Part shown: in pieces, positions 27,837 to 36,071 of the stretch
Layout: each line of letters opens with the position of its first letter
Numbering within the stretch: the stretch's first letter is position 1
Assembly (NCBI GenBank): GCA_027493375.1
Contig: JAPVWO010000087.1
Coordinates: 2,853-66,852, forward strand
Direction: 5' to 3'
Origin: Candidatus Multivorans thiocomprendens
GTDB taxonomy: Bacteria > Acidobacteriota > Thermoanaerobaculia > Multivoradales > Multivoraceae
DNA: 64,000 nucleotides
Program-made: the position numbers and the translations under genes
Notes under the pieces: model-generated
Seen by the model: the letters and a program-made list of their open reading frames with translations, nothing else
Told to the model about the DNA's origin: nothing
Databases searched by the model: none

Positions 27837-30800
27837 ATGCTCTCGGACCACTACTGGCGTCTGAAGTACACGCCGGACGACGGCGACCTGGTGCGGATCT
27901 TCTATCTCCCGGCACTCGAGGACGCGGAGAGCTACGACCGGCTGACTGGTTACTTCAAGGCCGGCGCGCTGACCCTGGCGGCGCGAGGAATCGAGGGGCT
28001 GGTCCGCAACGCAGGCCGCATGAGGCTGCTGGTGGGCTGCACCCTGGACCCGCCCGAGATCGAAGCGATCGAACGAGGCGAGAACCTTCGGGACGCCGTA
28101 GAGCAACACTTGGGCGCCATCCCGCTCGAACCCGCGGACCAGGAATCGACCGACGCCCTGGAACTGCTGGCCTGGATGGTCGCAGGCGGCCACCTCGAAG
28201 TGAAGGTCGCCGTGCCCTGCGACGCGAACCGGCGGCCCATTTTCGCCGAGGGCATCTTCCACGAGAAGTCGGGCGTGATCGAAGACCGGGTCGGCGACCG
28301 GATCGCCTGGACCGGCAGCCTCAACGAGACCGCGGCGGGCTGGCGCCAGAACTGGGAGAGCATCAGCGTCTTCAAGAGCTGGGGTGAAGGATCGGAGCCC
28401 GAGCGGGTGACCCGCGAACAGACGAACTTCGATCGCCTGTGGGCCGACGAGTCGCCCCATGTCGTCGTGCTCGACGCGCCGGAGGCAGCGCGCCGGGATC
28501 TGCTGCGCTTCATGCCGGAGAGTGACAAGCCGGCCCGACTGAAGAGGGGTGAGCTGGCCGCGACGCCGGACGAGCCGCCAGCTCCCGTCACCGGACCGCC
28601 CGCCCCACCACCCAAGGCCGAGCCGGACCTGAGGAGCCGCGTGTGGTCCTTCATCCAACAGGCACCTTCTCTGCCGGGTGGCGGCCGGCGGGTCGGCGAA
28701 GCCACCGCGGCAGTGACCCCCTGGCCGCACCAGGTCCGGGCCTTCGAGCGACTCTACGCCGAATGGCCGCCGCGGTTGCTGATCGCCGACGAGGTCGGCT
28801 TGGGCAAGACGATCCAGGCCGGCATGCTGCTGCGGCAAGCCTGGCTCGCAGGGCGCGCGAAGCGCATCCTCGTGCTGGCGCCCAAGGCGGTGTGTCGGCA
28901 GTGGCAGATCGAATTGCGTGAGAAGTTCAACCTGAACTGGCCGATCTACGATGGTAGACGGTTGGTGCGCTACCCCTCACCGGCGCTCCAGGGCGCAAAC
29001 GAACGCGATGTCGGCCGAGACGACTGGCACAAGGCGCCCGCCGTCATGGTGTCGAGCCATCTCTTGCGCCGGAGCGATCGCGCCCGGAGCCTGCTCGATC
29101 AGGCCGAGTCGTGGGACCTGATCGTCGTCGACGAGGCCCACCACGCCCGCCGGCGGGAACTCGGCGGCAGCCGCCGCGCGCAGAGGCCGAACGCCATGCT
29201 GGGGTTGCTTCAGGCCATCTCGCAGAGAACCCAAGGGCTGGTTCTGTTGACCGCGACGCCGATGCAAGTTCATCCGGTCGAGGTCTGGGATCTGCTGGCC
29301 CTCCTCGGCCTGCCGCCCGAATGGACGCAGGAGCGGTTCCTGAAGTTCTTCGAGGACATCGAAGAGCCGAACCCCTCGCACGAGGCACTGGACCGGATCG
29401 CGGAAATGTTCCGAGCGACCGAGGCGCGCTACGGAACAACCGGAAAGGCAGTGGCCGAGGGCGCGACCGGCCTTCGCTCACTCGGCGCCGGCAAAGTGCT
29501 GAGGGCGCTGAGGAGCCCCTCCTCCATCGCCCGCCGGCGGCTGCAGGCACCGGAACGGAGGGCCGCCATCGCCGTCGCGCGGGCCAACACGCCGATTCGC
29601 CACCTCGTGTCGCGCCATACGCGCAGGCTGCTACGCGGATACCGCGAACGCGGCATGGTGGACGCGTCGGTCGCGGACCGGAACGTCGAGGATCGCATGG
29701 TGACGATGAGCACCGAGGAACGACGAGTCTACGAAGCGGTCGGAACCTACATCTCCAGCACCTACAACAAGGCCGAAGCCCGCGAGCGCAACGCGGTCGG
29801 ATTCGTGATGACCACCTACCGGCGGCGGCTGGCCAGCAGCTTCCAGGCGCTTCGCAACACGCTCCGGGATCGGCTGGAAGCCTTCGCAGACCCTGAGCGC
29901 GAACGTAATACCGACCTCGACGAGGACGCCTTCGAGGACGAGATCCGGGCCGAGAACTGGGACGCCGAGGACTTGGCCGAGGAGGAACGCGCCGCCCTGG
30001 AGGCGGAAGAGCAGACCATGATCGCCGAGCTTCTCGACCGGGCCCAACGACTGCCACCCGACAGCAAGCTGGCGGCACTCAAGGACGAACTCAACCGCCT
30101 GCGCGACGAGGGCTACGGGCAGGTCATGGTGTTCACCCAGTACACCGACACGATGGACTTCCTGCGGGAAGCGCTCGCCGACGCCAAGCTCATGTGCTAT
30201 TCGGGCCGCGGCGGCGAAGCGCCAACCGCCGACGGCGGCTGGCGCAAGATCGACCGCGACGAAGTCAAGCGGCGCTTCCGCGAGGGCGACGCGGACATCC
30301 TGCTATGCACCGACGCAGCCTCGGAGGGCCTCAACTTCCAGTTCTGCGGCGCTCTCGTGAACTACGACATGCCGTGGAATCCGATGCGGGTAGAACAGCG
30401 GATAGGCCGCATCGACCGCCTGGGCCAGCGGAGTCCCACAATCCAGATCGTCAACCTCCACTACGAAGACACGGTCGAGACCGACGTGTATCAGGCGCTG
30501 CGCGATCGCATCGGCCTGTTCGAGGCCGTCGTCGGCCGGCTGCAACCGATCCTGGCGGAGTTGCCGCGTTCGATCACTGCGGAAGTTCTCGCCGACCGGG
30601 CCTCCTCGGCCTCCCTCGCCCATCGCCTCGAGGGGCAAATCGTCGAAGCCCAAGCCGGCGGCTTCGACCTCGACGAAGTGCTCGAAGAAGATCTGGAGAT
30701 GCCCGTCCTGCCAGAGTCGCCCCTCACGATGGCCGACCTCGACCGCGTCATCTCACGGCCCGACCTGATGCCGTCTGGAGTGGAGATTCGCCCGATGGGC

Positions 30801-31022
30801 GCTCGCGAGTACAGCCTACTGGCTCCCGGAATGAAGGAGGCGCTTCGAGTCACGACGGACCAGGAGTACTACGAAGAGCACTCGGAGAGCCTTGAGCTCT
30901 GGTCGCCGGGAAACCCGCTGTTCGAACCTCCGGAGCGGGCAGTGCCCGACACTTCGCATCAAGGGGACCGTGACCAAGCAAAGGCGCCGCGGACCCTTCG
31001 CGACCTGCTCAGCACGCGATAG
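27837..31022 (+). CDS. PLD-nuclease / SNF2-family helicase fusion
   Basis: In-frame ATG at 27837, 4 nt after the MTase stop. PLD HxK(x)4D motif FHEKSGVIED with GSLNET. SNF2 motifs LIADEVGLGKTIQAG (I), LIVVDEAHHARR (II), VLLTATPMQ (III), LLCTDAASEGLNFQ (V), WNPMRVEQRIGRIDRLGQ (VI). Confidence 0.85.
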   Translation: MLSDHYWRLKYTPDDGDLVRIFYLPALEDAESYDRLTGYFKAGALTLAARGIEGLVRNAGRMRLLVGCTLDPPEIEAIERGENLRDAVEQHLGAIPLEPADQESTDALELLAWMVAGGHLEVKVAVPCDANRRPIFAEGIFHEKSGVIEDRVGDRIAWTGSLNETAAGWRQNWESISVFKSWGEGSEPERVTREQTNFDRLWADESPHVVVLDAPEAARRDLLRFMPESDKPARLKRGELAATPDEPPAPVTGPPAPPPKAEPDLRSRVWSFIQQAPSLPGGGRRVGEATAAVTPWPHQVRAFERLYAEWPPRLLIADEVGLGKTIQAGMLLRQAWLAGRAKRILVLAPKAVCRQWQIELREKFNLNWPIYDGRRLVRYPSPALQGANERDVGRDDWHKAPAVMVSSHLLRRSDRARSLLDQAESWDLIVVDEAHHARRRELGGSRRAQRPNAMLGLLQAISQRTQGLVLLTATPMQVHPVEVWDLLALLGLPPEWTQERFLKFFEDIEEPNPSHEALDRIAEMFRATEARYGTTGKAVAEGATGLRSLGAGKVLRALRSPSSIARRRLQAPERRAAIAVARANTPIRHLVSRHTRRLLRGYRERGMVDASVADRNVEDRMVTMSTEERRVYEAVGTYISSTYNKAEARERNAVGFVMTTYRRRLASSFQALRNTLRDRLEAFADPERERNTDLDEDAFEDEIRAENWDAEDLAEEERAALEAEEQTMIAELLDRAQRLPPDSKLAALKDELNRLRDEGYGQVMVFTQYTDTMDFLREALADAKLMCYSGRGGEAPTADGGWRKIDRDEVKRRFREGDADILLCTDAASEGLNFQFCGALVNYDMPWNPMRVEQRIGRIDRLGQRSPTIQIVNLHYEDTVETDVYQALRDRIGLFEAVVGRLQPILAELPRSITAEVLADRASSASLAHRLEGQIVEAQAGGFDLDEVLEEDLEMPVLPESPLTMADLDRVISRPDLMPSGVEIRPMGAREYSLLAPGMKEALRVTTDQEYYEEHSESLELWSPGNPLFEPPERAVPDTSHQGDRDQAKAPRTLRDLLSTR

Positions 31023-31135
31023 ACGAGGCGCTTGCGCGGCTGACGCGGAAGTGATCGGCTAGGCGCACCGGAGGTCGGACGAGGTCACGGACTCGGCCGA
31101 CGAGAACTCACGTTGTCAAAGCGCGCCAGCGCGCG

Positions 31136-32209
31136 TCAGTTGGAGGAGCAGCTCGTTTGACTGCCGGGTGGCTCCCACAGAACAAGCATGTGGCGGACGC
31201 AGACAGCCGTACGCGCAGCAATCCAGTCGTACTGTTCCGCAAACTCCGCGAACTCGTCAACGTGCTGTGCAGTGTCAACAACTTTGATGAGTACAAGCGC
31301 CGAATCGAGTTCGGTCCGGACGAAGTCTCGATAGCTACTGTCTGAGATCGATCGGCAAAGCCACTCGATCTTGGTAGCGCGCGTTGGGCGACCGTGCCCG
31401 TCCAGCTCCTTGTTGTTTTCCTCTGCCCACGGAAGAACAGAGTTGTTTGGCGCGACTGAGTGCAGGACTCCCTTTAGGAGCTTACGCATTGAAGCACTGC
31501 CCTGAGTCCAGCCATCTGGACCAGGGCTCCCGCCCCGCTGCTTGACGCCCCGGTACTGCTCGAGGAAAGCAGGCTTCAACTTCGGCAGCTCCCGCTCAAG
31601 GTAGTCGTCCGTCTCCCGGATAGTCACGTCGCCCAAGGGGCCAGCCAGTACCTCGGGCTCATCCTCCCGCGGCTCGTGGGGCGTGATGCTGCGAACCGCA
31701 GACGTATGCACGAACACCGCCCGTGTCGGCAAGTCACAGGCAGCAAGACGAACCGACCGGGCCAACTTGGTCTCTCGACCAATCGACGCGACAAGATCTG
31801 CGTGTCTTGAAACCAATCGGCCTGTAAGGCGCGCCAGTTCCTCTTGTTGCCGGTCAATCGCCCCGATCAGTTTCCCCGCGTCCGCCAAGTCGATAGAGGC
31901 GAGTCTGCTTCGAGTCAACTCGACAACTGAGGACACCGCGCCAACGTCAACGTCGAAACCTCTGTACACCCTGTCAAGACCCACGGACGCAGCGTCTATC
32001 GCGCGCCGAACCCGCTCCTCCTCAGCGAACGCCGACTGGGCCGCCGTCTGAAGCCGGCTGAAGACCTCTGACACGGAGTCCAAACGCGAGAATAGGTCGT
32101 GCGCTCGCAACGTCGCCACTTGGTTCTCAAGGAGCCGCCTCGCAGGATCTTCGGCGAGTCGCCCGAGGAGTTCGTTCTGCCTTGCCAGTTCTCGGCGCAA
32201 ATCACTCAA
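31136..32209 (-). CDS. orphan hypothetical protein; coiled-coil N-half, possible HEPN-like C-terminus
   Basis: 357-aa ORF. TTG start overlaps the BCCT stop (TTGA). Heptad-like N-terminal region (LRRELARQNELLGRLAED...). C-terminal R-x6-H (ARTAVCVRH) fits the loose HEPN Rx4-6H pattern. Hand-counted GC is ~53-63% against ~68% in flanking genes. Confidence 0.45.
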   Translation of the reverse strand: MSDLRRELARQNELLGRLAEDPARRLLENQVATLRAHDLFSRLDSVSEVFSRLQTAAQSAFAEEERVRRAIDAASVGLDRVYRGFDVDVGAVSSVVELTRSRLASIDLADAGKLIGAIDRQQEELARLTGRLVSRHADLVASIGRETKLARSVRLAACDLPTRAVFVHTSAVRSITPHEPREDEPEVLAGPLGDVTIRETDDYLERELPKLKPAFLEQYRGVKQRGGSPGPDGWTQGSASMRKLLKGVLHSVAPNNSVLPWAEENNKELDGHGRPTRATKIEWLCRSISDSSYRDFVRTELDSALVLIKVVDTAQHVDEFAEFAEQYDWIAARTAVCVRHMLVLWEPPGSQTSCSSN

Positions 32210-33756
32210 GTCGAATCGTCCAAAGAGATCGCTGCGACGCTACCACCCCGCGCCGCGGCACACAGGCCGACCCAGATGCTGTAGCACATGGCCAGCAGCA
32301 CCAGGGTGAACGGCAGGCCGGTCGAGACGGTCATCGCCCGCAGGGCGTCCAGCGCGCCGGTGCCGCCGACCAGGAGCAGGACCGCGGCGACGACGCCTTC
32401 GAGGGTGGCCCAGAAGACACGCTGGCTGGTCGGCACGTCCTCCTTGCCGCCCGCGGTGATCGTGTCGACGACGAGCGAGCCGGAGTCGGACGACGTGACG
32501 AAGAACACGAGCACCAGGACGACGCCGGCGAGCGACAGCACCGCACTGAGGGGGAACTGCTCGACCATCCGGAAGAACATGACCTCCTGGGCCGCGGACG
32601 CCACCGGCGCCGTGCTGTCCGCGATCGTCTGGGAGATCGCCGTGCCGCCGAAAGCCGCCATCCAGACGATCGACAGCAACGTCGGGATGAGAATCACGCA
32701 CACGACGAACTCGCGCACGGTTCGGCCGCGGGAGACTCGGGCGATGAACATGCCGACGAACGGCGACCAGGACACCCACCAGGCCCAGTAGAACGTGGTC
32801 CAGTCATGCGAGAAGCTCACGTCCTCACGACCGAACGGCATCGCCAGCGGCGCGAAGTTCGCGCCATAGGCCAGGGCGCCCCTGGCGGCGGTGACCAGGA
32901 TCTCGCCAGTCGGGCCAATCACGACGACCGCGAGCAACAGGGCAAGGGCAAGGGTCATGTTGACTCCCGACAGCACCTTGATGCCTCGGTCAATGCCGCG
33001 TACCACCGAAACGACGGCGAGCAACGTGATGAGGCCGATCAGCACCACGGCGGCAAGACCGCCCGTGCCCCAGCCGTAGAGCAGGTTGAACCCGGCCAGG
33101 GCCTGGGTGGTCCCCAGTCCGAGCGACGTCGCCAGGCCGAACAGGGTGGCGAGTACGGCGAGGACGTCGATCAGGTGTCCCCACCAGCCGCGCACGCGGT
33201 CGCCCAGGATCGGATAGAAGGCCGAGCGCAGGGTCAGCGGCAAGCCGTGGTTGTAGGCGAAGAACGCCAGCGCCAGGGCGACCACGGCGTAGATCGCCCA
33301 CGGATGCAGTCCCCAGTGGTAGATCGTCGCCGCCATCGCGAGGTCGCGCGCGGCCATCGCGTCACCGGCGGCGCCCCCGAGCGGCGCGGCGTCGCTCCGC
33401 AGGCCGTCGCCGTCGATCACCGGCCCGTCGAAGGCGGCGCCGAAGTGGGACAGCGGCTCCGAAACGCCGAAGTACATCAGGCCGATCCCCATGCCGGCGG
33501 CGAACAGCATCCCGAACCAGCCCGGATACGAGAACTCCGGCTTCGCGTCCGGGCCACCCAGCCGCACCCCGCCGACCGGCAGGAACACGAGCAGCAGGGC
33601 GAAGAGAACGAAGACGTTGCCGGCCGACAGGAAGAACCAGTCGAAGGCGCCGATGATCGCCGGAAGCAGCCAACTGAAGAACCGCGCCGCCTGGCTCTGG
33701 AAGACCAGCGTGCCGAGGACGAACAGGACGATCGCAGCCGCCGAGACGACGAACAC
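32206..33756 (-). CDS. BCCT family (betaine/carnitine/choline) transporter
   Basis: 516 aa, polytopic. BCCT signature region FYWAWWVSWSPFVGMFIARVSRGRTVREF. Confidence 0.85.
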   Translation of the reverse strand: MFVVSAAAIVLFVLGTLVFQSQAARFFSWLLPAIIGAFDWFFLSAGNVFVLFALLLVFLPVGGVRLGGPDAKPEFSYPGWFGMLFAAGMGIGLMYFGVSEPLSHFGAAFDGPVIDGDGLRSDAAPLGGAAGDAMAARDLAMAATIYHWGLHPWAIYAVVALALAFFAYNHGLPLTLRSAFYPILGDRVRGWWGHLIDVLAVLATLFGLATSLGLGTTQALAGFNLLYGWGTGGLAAVVLIGLITLLAVVSVVRGIDRGIKVLSGVNMTLALALLLAVVVIGPTGEILVTAARGALAYGANFAPLAMPFGREDVSFSHDWTTFYWAWWVSWSPFVGMFIARVSRGRTVREFVVCVILIPTLLSIVWMAAFGGTAISQTIADSTAPVASAAQEVMFFRMVEQFPLSAVLSLAGVVLVLVFFVTSSDSGSLVVDTITAGGKEDVPTSQRVFWATLEGVVAAVLLLVGGTGALDALRAMTVSTGLPFTLVLLAMCYSIWVGLCAAARGGSVAAISLDDST

Positions 33757-33824
33757 CGGGTGGTGAATGTCGAGCCCGAACGGGCTGATGTTGTCCCGCC
33801 CGACGCGGAACTGGGGGCGCCGAC

Positions 33825-35363
33825 TCAGTTGAACTGTTCGCGCAGCAGCCGCTTCAGGATCTTCCCGGACGGGTTCCGCGGCAACTGGTCGATGAAGTGG
33901 ACGGCGACCGGCTGCTTGAAGCGGGCCAGCTTGTCCTGGCAGAACTCGAGGATCTCCTCACCTTCGAGGCTCTCGTCGGAGCGGACGACGATCGCGACCG
34001 GGGACTCGCCCCACTTCTCGCTCTCGCGGCCGATGACGCCGACTTCGAGCACCTTGGGGTGGCGGCCGATGACCTCTTCGAGTTCCGCCGGATAGACGTT
34101 CTCGCCGCCGGAGATGATCATGTCCTTCAGCCGGTCCTGGATGTACACGAAGCCGTCCTCGTCCATCACCGCGCCGTCGCCGGTGTGGAACCAGCCGTCC
34201 ACGAGACTCTCGGCCGTGGCTTCCGGCCGGTTCCAGTACTCCTTCATCAGGTGGCGGCCGGCGACCAGGACCTCGCCCGCTTCGCCGGGGGCGCAATCCT
34301 TGCCGTCGTTGTCCACGACGCGCACGGAGGTGTGGAAGAAGGCCTTGCCGGTCGAACCGGCCTTGCGGATGGCGTCCTCTGGCGAGATCAGGCAGGCCGG
34401 GCCGCAGGTCTCGGTGAGGCCGTAGACCTGGTGGATCTCGATGCCCAGCTTGTCGTAGGCCTCGATCAGGTTGACCGGTACCGGCGCCGCGCCGCTCATG
34501 CACCAGCGGAGCCGCTCATGCTTGCAGCGCTCGGGATCGTAGACCTGGAGCATGAAGTTGAGCATCGCCGGCACCTTCAGCATCACGTCGATCTTCTCTT
34601 CGTCGATCAACCGCCAGGTGCGGACCGGGTCGAAGGCCCGCAGCACGACGCTGGTGCTGCCGCGGTGCACGTTGCCGGTGGCCGGGGTCAGCGCGCCGAC
34701 ATGGAAAAGCGGCAACGAGACGAGGTAGCGGTCGCCGTAGCGGGTGTCGGCGCTGGCCATGATCGTCAGGCCCGCCCACAACGCGGACGCGTGGGTGTGG
34801 ACCGCGCCCTTGGGCAGGCCGGTCGTGCCCGAGGTGTACATGATGTACAGCAGGTCGTCGTCGAGGGCCCCGATCTCGGGCTCCGCGTCGCTCGCCGCCG
34901 ACGTCGCGTCGAGGTACGAGAGGCAGCCGTCCGGCCGCTGCTCGTCCGGGCCCACGTGCACCCACCGCGTCACGTTCGTGCCGTTCTCGCCGCCGCCGCG
35001 CGCGATCAGGTCCAGCACCTGGGCCTGGAACTCGTCGCCGAAGACGAGGGTCTCGGCGCCGGCGTCGCGGATGATGAAGGAGAGCTCCTCGGGCGTCAGC
35101 CGCCAGTTGAGCGGCACGCATACGGCGCCGATCTTGGCGACCGCGAAGAAGGTCTCCATGTACTCGACGCTGTTCATCAGCAGCAGCGCGACGCGGTCGC
35201 CCTTGCCCACGCCGAGTTCCCGAAGAGCGTTGGCGGTCCGGTTCGAGCGCAGGTTCCACTCGGCGAAGGTGAAGCGGCGCTCCGTCTCGACGTCGACGAA
35301 GCCCTCCATGTCCGGCGACAGGGAGGCGCGCTTGGTCAGGATGAGTCCGACGTTGTCTCGCAT
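33825..35363 (-). CDS. AMP-dependent acyl-CoA synthetase/ligase
   Basis: 512 aa. YTSGTTGLPKGAVHTH (AMP-binding motif), GWFHTGDGAVMDEDGFVYIQDRLKDMIISGGENVYP, C-terminal PRNPSGKILKR. Confidence 0.9.
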   Translation of the reverse strand: MRDNVGLILTKRASLSPDMEGFVDVETERRFTFAEWNLRSNRTANALRELGVGKGDRVALLLMNSVEYMETFFAVAKIGAVCVPLNWRLTPEELSFIIRDAGAETLVFGDEFQAQVLDLIARGGGENGTNVTRWVHVGPDEQRPDGCLSYLDATSAASDAEPEIGALDDDLLYIMYTSGTTGLPKGAVHTHASALWAGLTIMASADTRYGDRYLVSLPLFHVGALTPATGNVHRGSTSVVLRAFDPVRTWRLIDEEKIDVMLKVPAMLNFMLQVYDPERCKHERLRWCMSGAAPVPVNLIEAYDKLGIEIHQVYGLTETCGPACLISPEDAIRKAGSTGKAFFHTSVRVVDNDGKDCAPGEAGEVLVAGRHLMKEYWNRPEATAESLVDGWFHTGDGAVMDEDGFVYIQDRLKDMIISGGENVYPAELEEVIGRHPKVLEVGVIGRESEKWGESPVAIVVRSDESLEGEEILEFCQDKLARFKQPVAVHFIDQLPRNPSGKILKRLLREQFN

Positions 35364-35416
35364 GGGTTCCTTCTCCTCCGGCGTTCAGCGACTCGCCGGA
35401 TCCTAGCGCGGCCGGT

Positions 35417-36058
35417 CTAGTCGCCGGCGGCGGCCACTGCCTCGTCGAGACCGTAGCCCTCGAGCGTCCCGTGCAGGGCGACGATGTCGAGCCCCATGAC
35501 GAGCAGGTCGTGCTTCTCGCCGGAGAGGTCGCGGACGTGATTCCGCATCAGCCCCTCGGGGCGGAAGCCAAGTCCCTCGAAGGCCGCGACGGCGCCCTTC
35601 TGGTCCGGCGTCATCCGCGCCACGACCTTCTCGATGCCGGCCGCGACAGCCGCCTGGAACGCCTGCTCGACGAGCAGCCGGCCCAGGCCCTTGGCACGCG
35701 CGGAGTCGGAGATCACGACCCGGATCTCGGCGACGTGGGAGGACCACTGCAACTGGCTGCGGTCGATCGAGGCGTAGCCGATCAGCTTGGCGTCCGCCAG
35801 GGCGAGCAATGTCGTCATCTGGCCCGACTCGATCTCGCCGATCCACTGGTCGACCACGTCGGCCTCGCGGATGTCCCGGCGCAGGAACAGGAGATCGTGG
35901 TCCGGCAGACCGTCGGCGAAGGCGAGGACGGCTGAGCGGTCGTCCGCGTCCATGGGCCGCACCGTCAGGTCGCGGGCGTTCAGCCGCCGGGCGACACGGT
36001 CTACGGCCGCCATCGACAGCGGGCCGTTCTCCGCGACCGGGTTCCTGTCGTCCGCCAT
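35417..36058 (-). CDS. GNAT family N-acetyltransferase
   Basis: 213 aa. AEIRVVISDSARAKGLGRLLVEQAFQAAVAAGIEKVV (acetyl-CoA binding R/Q-x-x-G-x-G/A block). Confidence 0.8.
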   Translation of the reverse strand: MADDRNPVAENGPLSMAAVDRVARRLNARDLTVRPMDADDRSAVLAFADGLPDHDLLFLRRDIREADVVDQWIGEIESGQMTTLLALADAKLIGYASIDRSQLQWSSHVAEIRVVISDSARAKGLGRLLVEQAFQAAVAAGIEKVVARMTPDQKGAVAAFEGLGFRPEGLMRNHVRDLSGEKHDLLVMGLDIVALHGTLEGYGLDEAVAAAGD

Positions 36059-36071
36059 CCTGTTCCTCCCC

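Noticed and set aside
31111-31128. GC hairpin (gcgcgc-ca-gcgcgc) between the convergent helicase and orphan genes as a bidirectional terminator
   Set aside because: The stem is only 5-6 bp, the loop is tiny and there is no flanking T/A tract. This is insufficient for a terminator call.
14333-32209. Direct repeats or att-like sites at the island borders
   Set aside because: I compared the short spacers at 14333-14365, 31023-31135 and around 32200 by eye and found no convincing shared sequence. The borders remain undefined.
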